NCBI GenBank assembly: GCA_036311245.1
Contig: JAXJQH010000122.1
Coordinates: 1-52,634, forward strand
From: Oscillospiraceae bacterium
GTDB taxonomy: Bacteria; Bacillota; Clostridia; Oscillospirales; Ruminococcaceae
Direction of reading: 5' to 3'
Length of the DNA: 52,634 nucleotides
This document shows positions 45,321 to 52,634 of the stretch, one piece after another. The notes beneath the pieces were generated by a model. It did no database searches and had not been told where the DNA came from. It worked only from the letters and a program-made list of their open reading frames with translations. Each line of letters begins with the position of its first letter. Within the stretch, counting starts at the first letter, position 1. Both the position numbers and the translations under genes were made by a program.

Positions 45321-46067
45321 ATGAATAACAACAATATCAGAATCGAACAGTTTAAGAATATTTCCTATGTGAAAGATAAAAAAGGACGTATCTTAACCTT
45401 TCATTCGCGCTATGCAAGTTGTTTTATCATTACTTTAAAAGGAAGACTTAAGTTCACTTTTGATGACAAGATTATCATAACCGATCATACCCAGGGACTT
45501 TTCATTCCCGAGGGAATGGCTTACATCAATGAGTGCCTTGAGGATGCAGCAAGCATTTCTGTAAACTTTCAAATAGCAGAACCGGCCACGTCTCCACGCA
45601 TATTAAATGGAATGAGTGAGGTGCTGGCAATGGACTTTTATCAGGAGATCTGTCGTAAAGCATATGAAAACACAGAAATTGCACAATACTATCTATTGTC
45701 AAAACTGTATCAACTTGCCCTCCTGCTTTTCCAGAACGATTCACCGAAAAGTATTAAAGAAATTCTTGCAAAAAAAGCCTGCTCCTATATTCAAAGTGAA
45801 TTTTCAAGATCGGACTTACAGATAGATGATGTGGCAAGGTTTTGCAATATTAGCGCAGTTTATCTGCGAAAAATAATGAAAGAAATCTATCATAAGACTC
45901 CCTTTGAGCTGTTGACTGAACTTCGAATGAAAAAGGCATATGAAATGCTTATGGAAAAAATGTCCGTTAAAGAAATTGCTTTAACGGTGGGATACTCGGA
46001 TATTTATCAATTCAGTCGTGCCTTTAAACGTCATTTCGGACACACGCCTACTACAGTTTCCAAATGA
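45321..46067 (+). CDS. AraC-family transcriptional regulator (cupin-like N-domain plus HTH_18)
   Basis: C-terminal IALTVGYSDIYQFSRAFKRHFGHTP. Start at ATG 45321, downstream of a TTGACT / 17 nt / TAGTAT promoter-like site at 45275..45303. Confidence 0.85.
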   Translation: MNNNNIRIEQFKNISYVKDKKGRILTFHSRYASCFIITLKGRLKFTFDDKIIITDHTQGLFIPEGMAYINECLEDAASISVNFQIAEPATSPRILNGMSEVLAMDFYQEICRKAYENTEIAQYYLLSKLYQLALLLFQNDSPKSIKEILAKKACSYIQSEFSRSDLQIDDVARFCNISAVYLRKIMKEIYHKTPFELLTELRMKKAYEMLMEKMSVKEIALTVGYSDIYQFSRAFKRHFGHTPTTVSK

Positions 46068-46074
46068 CACGAAA

Positions 46075-46109
46075 AGACCTGCAATCCCGAATGGGATCGC
46101 AGGTCTTTT
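46075..46109 (+). terminator. intrinsic terminator after the AraC gene
   Basis: AGACCTGCAATCCC-GAAT-GGGATCGCAGGTCT followed by TTTT. Confidence 0.8.
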
Positions 46110-46171
46110 AAAATTAATTGTCATAGTTATTACAGATTATTATTTTTGCACCAGGCGTTGCTTTTTACTAT

Positions 46172-46280
46172 GGGTTATCGCTTCGCGCCGCCTCGTGGTT
46201 CCCGAAAAACCCTGCGGCGAGCTCTCGGGCTCATAACCCTCGCAAGCATTTGGGGCAAGCTGTACCGATTTAGATATCGA
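46172..46280. repeat. copy X of an unclassified intergenic repeat family
   Basis: A GGGTTAT...ATAACCC bracket (46172..46239) encloses the core GCCGCCTCGTGGTTCCCGAAAAACCCTGCGGCGAGCT (33/37 identical to 52336..52372). It is followed by CCGATTTAGATATCGA at 46265. Confidence 0.75.
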
Positions 46281-46324
46281 TATTCGATACTTCTTGATTG
46301 ATTTTTTCTGCTTTAAGGCTTACC

Positions 46325-47173
46325 TCATCCAAACAAATACGGCATCCTACCTTTAGTTTTTGTTTCACAAATAAATGTGTATCCAGAATTTGTGTCAATG
46401 CTTAAATCGGCTCCGCGACTTGCAGTTACAATCACTAATTTGTCCATATTTTCGCCCGCAAAGCAACAACTAGCAGGAATTTTTGCAGGAACGCTTATAT
46501 ATTCTTTGATTTGCATATCAGCAGTATCTACCACCGCAATGTGGCTCTGTTTCCAACAAGCAACATAAAGAAAATCGTTTTGATCTATTGTAAAACCGTC
46601 TACACCTTTCACCCTTATCTCTCTACCTGTAAATGAGATTTCACCTTTTTCTTTATCAAAATCATATTCCTTGATTATTCCTGTGGCACTATCGGTATGA
46701 TAAAACCGTTTTTCATCTATGGACCAATCAAAACCATTTGAAAGAATTAGTCCGTCAAGCAAAATTTTCACTTCGCCGTTTTTATCTATACTGTAAAGCT
46801 TGCCGTTTATCTCATCGCCTGTTCCAAAACGCTTACTGCTTTGAGTCCCAATATAAAATCTCCCGTCAGGTCCTACCTTTGCATCATTTCCAAACTCTAT
46901 TTTATATTTTTCGGTATCATAAAGTGGTGTGCGGGTATTGTCATCATTTAATTTAAATGCACCGTCCGCACAAGAAATAAGCATTTCACCTTTCTTTGAG
47001 AAGCCCATAGCCACCACACCAAAGGGGAGTTTTCTGGTTGTTACTTCCCCTGTTTTAATATCTATTTCAAGAATTTCATCAGCATAACCGTTTACCTGAT
47101 ATAGCTTATTGTTAAATTTATTCCAAATTGGACCTTCGCCTATGATACAATGCTTATTGGATAATATTTTCAT
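46325..47173 (-). CDS. SMP-30/gluconolactonase/LRE-family beta-propeller protein
   Basis: 282 aa counted from ATG 47173 (GGAG upstream). Contains EGPIW, NDAKVGPDGRFY, SNGFDWS and DGFTID metal/active-site motifs. The track ORF is extended by 54 spurious codons. Confidence 0.85.
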   Translation of the reverse strand: MKILSNKHCIIGEGPIWNKFNNKLYQVNGYADEILEIDIKTGEVTTRKLPFGVVAMGFSKKGEMLISCADGAFKLNDDNTRTPLYDTEKYKIEFGNDAKVGPDGRFYIGTQSSKRFGTGDEINGKLYSIDKNGEVKILLDGLILSNGFDWSIDEKRFYHTDSATGIIKEYDFDKEKGEISFTGREIRVKGVDGFTIDQNDFLYVACWKQSHIAVVDTADMQIKEYISVPAKIPASCCFAGENMDKLVIVTASRGADLSIDTNSGYTFICETKTKGRMPYLFG

Positions 47174-47210
47174 TTTATTTCTCCTCACAATAGTCCGTTT
47201 TCCTTCTTCT

Positions 47211-48029
47211 TTAAGATTCGTCTTTTGTAAGTCTGTTTTGAATAATTGCTTCTGCCGCCCGAATTTGTTCGTCCGAAGGTAATATTTTAGGCAAAGTATT
47301 TTCCATACCGAGTGCATCATACTTTGAGCCGGCATAATTATGATATGGCAAAACCTTTACTGCTTTTATGTTTTTTACTGTTCTTAAAAACTCGGCAATT
47401 TTTTCAATTTGGTCAGAGTTGTATTCAGGCACATATGGTACTCTTACTTCAATAGTTTTACCGAGAGAGTCTATATACTTAATATTTTCTAAAATTAGTT
47501 TATTAGACTGTCCTGTGCATTTAATATGTACGTCTTCATCAATCGCTTTTACATCATAAAGAAAAGTATCGGTATATGGTAAAACCTTATCAATAGCCTC
47601 TTTTGGCACAAAACCGCAAGTGTCAACTGCCGTGTTGATGCCATTCTCTTTTAATACCCTTAAAAGTTCAGCACAAAAGTCAGCCTGACAAAGACATTCT
47701 CCACCTGAAAGAGTAACGCCGCCACCGCTTGTATCGTAAAAATCTTTATCCTCTAAAAGCACAGGCAGCAATTCTTCTACCGTCATTTCTTTGCCGTACA
47801 AGACCTTTGCCTCACCAAGGCAGCCCTCAGTGATAAACCCTTCTTTTTGACATTCACCGCATCCGATACATTTGTTTTTGTAAAAGGCAATCTGCGGTTT
47901 AAAAGAGATGCTTTCGGGGTTGTGACACCAAATGCATTTTAGCGGACAGCCCTTAAAAAATACAGTAGTCCGTATTCCGTCACCATCGTGAACGGCAAAA
48001 CGCTTTATATCTGAAATTAATGCTTTCAT
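47211..48029 (-). CDS. glycyl-radical enzyme activating protein (radical SAM)
   Basis: 272 aa with CPLKCIWCHNPE (CX3CX2C), an extra CIGCGECQKEG cluster motif and GGVTLSGGE. Its start forms an ATGA overlap with the GRE stop. Confidence 0.92.
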   Translation of the reverse strand: MKALISDIKRFAVHDGDGIRTTVFFKGCPLKCIWCHNPESISFKPQIAFYKNKCIGCGECQKEGFITEGCLGEAKVLYGKEMTVEELLPVLLEDKDFYDTSGGGVTLSGGECLCQADFCAELLRVLKENGINTAVDTCGFVPKEAIDKVLPYTDTFLYDVKAIDEDVHIKCTGQSNKLILENIKYIDSLGKTIEVRVPYVPEYNSDQIEKIAEFLRTVKNIKAVKVLPYHNYAGSKYDALGMENTLPKILPSDEQIRAAEAIIQNRLTKDES

Positions 48030-50305
48030 TGTATATTCTCCGCTCTTAGAATATAAGCATCCTGCTCTTTTTTACTCATATTGTTCCAAAGAACATTCCA
48101 ACCACAAACTCTTACCTGCAAGTTTTTATATTTATCGGGATTCTTTTGTGCATCAAGAAGCATTTCTTTATTAAAAATATTAAAGTGAATTGAGGCACCG
48201 CCTTTTTTCATATATGTCTGCAAGACATTATATAAAATCTCCAGACCATCCTCACCCTGCACAGCGGACGGGTGTAGCATTACATCTAAGCAGGTACCCG
48301 AATCCGCAAGACTTAAATCCATATTTGTTGCCGAGGCGATCAGCGCGGTAATGCCGTTTTTGTCCATACCCGCCGTAGGTGAGGCGTTTTTGGAGGTTTC
48401 GTCTCCATGCTTTCTTCCATCAGCAGTGGCCTCGGTTCTTCTGCCCTGACCTATATAGGCACGCGCAGAATGAAGCTCATATTCAAAATTGCCTCCATGA
48501 CAATTTTTAAGACCTGAGAATTGCGCCGAAAAAAGTTGATGTATGGCGTTAGCGTAGCTGTCAGCCAATTTATCACCATTGCCGTATTTGTGCTTGCAGT
48601 TTAGCGCTTTTAGGCGTAGTTTTTCGTAGCCAACCCAGTTGTTTTGTAGCGCCTGTTTAAGCTCTTTGAGTGTGGTCTCGCCTTTTTCAAAAACCAATTC
48701 GTAAACGGCCATAAGTGCATCGGTAGCACTACCCAAGCCATTGAGCCACATACTAGATACATTGTTTATACCGCCGTTATTTGCATCAATCATCTTCTCT
48801 ACACATTGCGGTATGGTCGCCGAATACAAAACAGAGGGATTAACTCGATTAACGTGTGTTTCAAAAACTAATATACCCTCGAGTGCACGCCTAACAACAT
48901 ACACAAATTGACGCCTGTATGCCGAATAAAACTCCTCAAAGCTTTTAAACTCGGCTACATCGCCGGTTTCTACGCCTAATTTAATACCAGTCAGCAAATC
49001 GACACCATTATTAAATACTAACGCAACCGGTTTTAAAGCGTTTACAGTATTAAAAGATATACACAATGTGTCGGCCTTTGTAACATATTCATAGCATCCT
49101 TTCACTACCGAGTCGAGCGCCCTTTCATAAGTTGCACCCTGACGCATAAGCGCCTTAACTATGGTTTCTTCATTACAGAAAACAATGCTATTGGAGCCGT
49201 GGCGAATCATTTCAAGCGCCTTTAGGATAAAATCCTTTGGGGTATTGCGGTTCACTTTAATCTGTATTTTCGGGTTATAAATATCAAGCTCATCATATAC
49301 ATCCAAAATTAAATAAGTCAATTCATTGACCTTGGTGCTGCCATCGGGGTTGGTACCCGCAAGGTACATAGGCTGACCCCAGTAGTTTCCCATAGCAGAA
49401 AACTGCAAAAGAAAATATACAATAAAGGTTGCAATTTCTTCCTCAGTGAAGGTACCGTTTTGGATGTCTTTTTTATAAAAAGAATAAAGCGTTGCATCAA
49501 GACCATAGCCTAACGAGCGTACTTGATAATGGTCAATACTTTCGCTAATCATAAAGTATAAATAAATCATCATCAGTGCATCGTATGTGGTTTTTGGGGC
49601 GCCGCTCCAAAGGTTTTTAAGCGATTCGGAAATTCTTTTTTGCTTATCAGAGCTTTTAGTGAGTGAATAGTTATATAACCTGTCTATAAACCTTAAAATT
49701 GCTTCATACGTAATGGTCAATGCCGCAAAGAATTCCTTTTGCTCTTCACTCAGTTCGTGTTTATCATTCAACGCATCGTATGAAGCCTGCGCACGAGCCA
49801 AAATGCCTCTGAAGCCGAGTTTCATCAAAGAGTTATAATCCGGAACAGTATGGTCAAAATCAAGGTGCAGGTTCACAGTACCCGTCGTTGAATAATCATT
49901 AATGTAATTGCTGCCAAGCGCCTCTTTAGTCTCTTCGTATGCCTGCTGATGCCACGGATTGATTGTGTGCGCATCAATTAATCTACCCCAAGAATAAATC
50001 CCTGGGAAATAGTCATTTTCATTAACATCAATTCGCGTATTATCAAGAACATACTCGACAGTCCTCGCCTTTATAATATAGCGAGATTTACCTTCTAACT
50101 GCTTAACAAGCTTTGCAAGACCTGTATTAATTTCATTATCGCTAAGCCCGGTTGCCGAATCATACTCGTATCCATGGTATTGCCTATGACGAAAAGCGTT
50201 GAAGGATTCATTAGTATTATGATATTTGTTTTCAATATAAGCCCTGTCTTGCTCAGGTAAGATAAAAGAATAATTTTTCATGTGTTCCTCCACTATTTTT
50301 TTCAT
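48026..50305 (-). CDS. glycyl radical enzyme of unassigned function (PFL-like fold, Cys-x-Glu eliminase-type active site)
   Basis: 759 aa. The C-terminal Gly-radical motif is VRVCGWN (Gly codon 48101..48103). The Cys loop is KGCYEYV (Cys 49094..49096, Glu 49088..49090). There is no CC pair as in pyruvate formate-lyase. Confidence 0.85.
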   Translation of the reverse strand: MKKIVEEHMKNYSFILPEQDRAYIENKYHNTNESFNAFRHRQYHGYEYDSATGLSDNEINTGLAKLVKQLEGKSRYIIKARTVEYVLDNTRIDVNENDYFPGIYSWGRLIDAHTINPWHQQAYEETKEALGSNYINDYSTTGTVNLHLDFDHTVPDYNSLMKLGFRGILARAQASYDALNDKHELSEEQKEFFAALTITYEAILRFIDRLYNYSLTKSSDKQKRISESLKNLWSGAPKTTYDALMMIYLYFMISESIDHYQVRSLGYGLDATLYSFYKKDIQNGTFTEEEIATFIVYFLLQFSAMGNYWGQPMYLAGTNPDGSTKVNELTYLILDVYDELDIYNPKIQIKVNRNTPKDFILKALEMIRHGSNSIVFCNEETIVKALMRQGATYERALDSVVKGCYEYVTKADTLCISFNTVNALKPVALVFNNGVDLLTGIKLGVETGDVAEFKSFEEFYSAYRRQFVYVVRRALEGILVFETHVNRVNPSVLYSATIPQCVEKMIDANNGGINNVSSMWLNGLGSATDALMAVYELVFEKGETTLKELKQALQNNWVGYEKLRLKALNCKHKYGNGDKLADSYANAIHQLFSAQFSGLKNCHGGNFEYELHSARAYIGQGRRTEATADGRKHGDETSKNASPTAGMDKNGITALIASATNMDLSLADSGTCLDVMLHPSAVQGEDGLEILYNVLQTYMKKGGASIHFNIFNKEMLLDAQKNPDKYKNLQVRVCGWNVLWNNMSKKEQDAYILRAENIQ

Positions 50306-50424
50306 CTAAAATATACATTATTTGCAATGCTCTGTAAATAAATAAAAAAAACAATTATTACTTTTAGAACATAAAATCATTGCATTTTCATAACTTTTGA
50401 TGTAATATATATTTGGTGATGCAA

Positions 50425-51216
50425 ATGAAGATAACCGATGTTGAGTTAAATATAAATTCCATACTTGATGTTAAGAAAGGCAGAATACGGCCATCTTCCC
50501 CTAAGTGCAGTGCGCGCCATAGTGATTGCTTTGCTTGTGTGCTTACAGGCAGCGCGGAATATATTTTAGACGGCAAAACCAATATCGCTCGGCCCGGCGA
50601 TATTATTTTTCTATCACACAACAGCAATTATTCAATAAAGGTAACCGATGAAAACTATACCTTTATTTTTATTGATTTCTTTTTTGAAAACGCATCAAAT
50701 ACGGTTTTTACAAATGAAATCTATAACCTCAAAAATTTTTCTGTTTTAAAAAGCAGTTTTGAGAGAATATATCATTTTTTCAATACAGGCAATTTTTCAG
50801 ACAAAATCTATTGTAAATCTATCATTTATAATATCTATTCGGAGATTGTAAAATCCTATTTTTCACAGTATATATCACACGATAGACGAAAACAGATAGA
50901 ACAAATCGCAACATATATTCACGAAAATCTATCAGATAGCGACCTATCCATCAAGAAATTAAGCAAAATGTGCAATATTAGCGAAGTGCATTTCCGCAGA
51001 ATATTTTCTTGTATATATCATATTTCTCCCATAAAATTCGTTACTCTCGCCAGAATAAACAAGGCAAAGGAGCTTTTACTTTCAGAGACCTGTAGTATTG
51101 CCGAAGTTGCAGAAAAATGTGGATTTCAGAACCACTATTATTTTTCAAAGGTTTTTAAATCCGAAACCAATATGACCCCCCGCGACTTCAAAAGATTTTA
51201 TTCATCAAATTTGTAA
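50425..51216 (+). CDS. AraC-family transcriptional regulator, divergent from the GRE operon
   Basis: Cupin-like N-domain and C-terminal HTH (IAEVAEKCGFQNHYYFSKVFKSETNMTP). ATG 50425 has GGTGA 5 nt upstream. Confidence 0.85.
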   Translation: MKITDVELNINSILDVKKGRIRPSSPKCSARHSDCFACVLTGSAEYILDGKTNIARPGDIIFLSHNSNYSIKVTDENYTFIFIDFFFENASNTVFTNEIYNLKNFSVLKSSFERIYHFFNTGNFSDKIYCKSIIYNIYSEIVKSYFSQYISHDRRKQIEQIATYIHENLSDSDLSIKKLSKMCNISEVHFRRIFSCIYHISPIKFVTLARINKAKELLLSETCSIAEVAEKCGFQNHYYFSKVFKSETNMTPRDFKRFYSSNL

Positions 51217-51300
51217 ACCAACTCTCCGTTACCGCTTACTGCAGAAAATTACAGCACCGTATTTGCTACTGTTCTTTACCTGTTCTAAAAGATAAAAACG

Positions 51301-51334
51301 AAATCCCGAAACCGCCCAGGTTTCGGGATTTTTC
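51301..51334. terminator. hairpin plus T-run between the AraC and nucleotidyltransferase genes
   Basis: AAATCCCGAAACC-GCCCA-GGTTTCGGGATTT followed by TT. Confidence 0.75.
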
Positions 51335-51391
51335 GCGCCGATATCTTTTTCGGTTCGCATTGTTGGCACGTCGCACCGATTTAGATATCGG
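51306..51391. repeat. repeat family copy L
   Basis: The 61-nt segment 51306..51366 is 51/61 identical to 52212..52272 in direct orientation. It also carries CCGATTTAGATATCGG at 51376..51391. Confidence 0.85.
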
Positions 51392-51420
51392 TGTGAAACC
51401 GTTTGATAATTGGAATTGAC

Positions 51421-52080
51421 TTAACTGTTTTCGGCAATCCATTTCTTTGACCAAGTAAACAATGTTTCGGACATCACGTCAAATTCCACCGTTCCACCAT
51501 TTTTCAAAGTCATAAATGTTTCGATAATGGCCTGTTCATCAAAAGATACAACTTGGAGCAATTCTTTTTGATGCTTAATATAGTTTCCGGTTTGCTTGAA
51601 GGCAATTGCCTGAACAACGAAGGATGCAGATTTATACAGCCCTCGTAAGATATCTTCGCTCTTTTCATGGAGCATATTGTGAACACATCCGTGGTATATA
51701 TTACAGACACCAATTTTGATTGCTCTGTTCACAGCACTTTCGTCAATAACTGCCATCACTTCATCAAGGCTTCCCTTGATTGGTGTGGTGTCATGGCAAA
51801 ACTGGAACAGATCAGACGTCTCCCAATTCATAAGATCGTCTTTGCCGGAGAGAAAACCACAAATAAGTTCTCTATGCGAAAGAGAATCCAACATTATGTT
51901 ATAAGTTTGAATATCCATAGCGGACAATTCATCCAAAATGACGACAACATCAATGTCGCTGTTTTCGGTTGCTTCGCCCCGACCGTAACTGCCTTGCAAT
52001 CCAACAAACCATACACGTGCTCCAAACGTATTATTTAAAGTTTGCAAGAAGTTTTGTATCCACATAGTAATATCTATCAT
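51421..52080 (-). CDS. Pol-beta-superfamily nucleotidyltransferase with a helical C-terminal domain (KNTase/ANT-like architecture)
   Basis: 219 aa with GLQGSYGRGEATENSDIDVVVI (GS-X9-13-DxD) and a helical C-terminal half of about 110 aa. Substrate unknown. Confidence 0.75.
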   Translation of the reverse strand: MIDITMWIQNFLQTLNNTFGARVWFVGLQGSYGRGEATENSDIDVVVILDELSAMDIQTYNIMLDSLSHRELICGFLSGKDDLMNWETSDLFQFCHDTTPIKGSLDEVMAVIDESAVNRAIKIGVCNIYHGCVHNMLHEKSEDILRGLYKSASFVVQAIAFKQTGNYIKHQKELLQVVSFDEQAIIETFMTLKNGGTVEFDVMSETLFTWSKKWIAENS

Positions 52081-52211
52081 TTTAGCTACCTCTTCAAGTT
52101 CTTAATTTCCGCCTAATATCGCCTTGATATTTGGTTCAAGTCCTCCCCAAAAGCCTTTTAGGGAGGAAGATATCTATAAAATTCAACTGCGAAAAAACGC
52201 ATAGAAAAAGT

Positions 52212-52272
52212 CCGAAACCGCTATGGTTTCGGACTTTTCTGCGCCGATATCTAAATCGGTTCGCATTGTTGG
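52212..52272. repeat. repeat family copy R
   Basis: Direct repeat of 51306..51366. Contains CCGATATCTAAATCGG (52244..52259), the exact reverse complement of the 16-mer at 51376..51391. Confidence 0.85.
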
Positions 52273-52304
52273 TTGCGGAGGAAGGACAGATGCCAACGAC
52301 CTTC

Positions 52305-52487
52305 GGGTTATCTTTTGAAGGCAGAGCCTTCAAAAGCCGCCTTGTGGTACCCGAAAAAGCCTGCGGCGGGCTACCGCCCTTATTCCTTGCCTTTTTCGAC
52401 CACTGCGGTGCCGTTGCGTCGCCTTATTCCGCTCTGCGGCGGCGACACATCAGCCCCAACGAGCACCGCTCGTCGTTCTCATAACCC
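52305..52487. repeat. copy Y of the GGGTTAT...ATAACCC bracketed element (expanded version of X)
   Basis: Same bracket and core as 46172..46239. The 3-bp CGC-TTC-GCG hairpin of X is replaced by a 10-bp hairpin (52312..52336), and there is an insertion of about 105 nt after the core. Confidence 0.7.
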
Positions 52488-52580
52488 GAACAGATAAGCG
52501 GAACAAAGTCTCTCCCAAAACAAAAAATAACGGATACCCATTAGGGTCGTACCCTAAAGGACAGTTCTTTCGCAGGATAT

Positions 52581-52609
52581 GGCATAGCCCACACGGGCTA
52601 TGCCTTTTT
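52581..52609 (+). terminator. plus-strand intrinsic terminator near the right edge
   Basis: GGCATAGCCC-ACAC-GGGCTATGCC followed by TTTTT. No plus-strand CDS precedes it. Confidence 0.7.
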
Positions 52610-52634
52610 CCTTTATTCAAGCGGATTTCAGCGG

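Noticed and set aside
46325-47335. Long N-terminal extensions on several track ORFs: 46325..47335, 40518..41624, 42190..43587, 39909..40352, 38037..38726, 44415..45203, 10740..11264, 9119..9532, 12244..13773
   Set aside because: Each has an internal ATG preceded by a good Shine-Dalgarno sequence at the point where family homology begins. The extensions run through promoters, hairpins or the upstream gene.
50325-50395. TTTGCAATG ... CATTGCATTT inverted half-sites between the GRE gene and its AraC regulator, as an operator
   Set aside because: The match is only about 8/10, the arms are separated by about 45 nt, and the region is AT-rich. This is plausible but not distinguishable from chance by eye.
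51266-52484. Small ORFs sharing peptides: 51266..51454 with 52136..52333 (NNANR.RYRR.K.RN..GFG), and 46018..46236 with 52131..52484 (LVVPEK.CG)
   Set aside because: The shared peptides arise from translating the nucleotide repeats. Differences between copies are not biased to synonymous positions, and hairpin loops and stems change instead. There is no RBS.

Overview
This 52.6-kb chromosomal segment looks like a strictly anaerobic Firmicute (Clostridia), judged from gene content, AGGAGG-type ribosome binding sites, a T-box leader and hairpin plus T-run terminators. That taxonomic call is an inference, and all product names come from motif recognition by eye; no BLAST, HMM or folding was run.

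Gene order, left to right:
- A partial SAM-dependent methyltransferase, then ruvC-ruvA-ruvB (minus strand).
- An XRE regulator with a single-copy RAYT/IS200-like Y1 transposase.
- A 10-gene electron-bifurcating [FeFe]-hydrogenase operon: hydC, DRTGG, GHKL ATPase, HydS-like protein, DRTGG, PHP, GHKL ATPase, 2Fe-2S ferredoxin, hydB, hydA.
- A four-gene module of ABC ATPase, ABC-2 permease, GldG-like protein and DUF4340 protein.
- DUF1015, MgtC-family protein, PrsA-like PPIase.
- T-box-controlled cysE-cysS, malic enzyme, and ddl-murI-DUF1934-argS.
- A surface-glycan block: GNAT-like protein, frameshifted DegT aminotransferase, GT4, O-antigen-ligase-like protein, Gfo/Idh/MocA.
- An AT-rich accessory stretch bounded by tRNA-Arg(ACG) and tRNA-Thr(GGU): radC, glsA, MBL hydrolase, CE4 deacetylase, bacterial PH-domain protein, SGNH esterase.
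- An acyltransferase and a histidine phosphatase.
- A second AT-rich island: SDR/AraC divergon, an orphan glycyl-radical enzyme (GRE) with its activase and an SMP-30-type lactonase, a second AraC, and a nucleotidyltransferase flanked by direct repeats.

Most worth a second look:
1. The uncharacterised GRE-activase-lactonase operon.
2. A family of intergenic arrays with conserved 9-mers spaced about 21-22 bp apart and separated by mini-hairpins whose sequence changes but whose pairing is kept. Each array abuts a terminator hairpin, and one (array C) spans a near-consensus promoter.
3. A perfect 28-bp inverted pair of GTAG-plus-hairpin (REP-like) modules inside the RAYT ORF, bracketing its HUH motif.
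4. The sensory and regulatory genes embedded in the hydrogenase operon.
5. A second repeat family around the nucleotidyltransferase, with a possible structured RNA at the right edge.

I saw no CRISPR array, rRNA gene, prophage or classical IS element.
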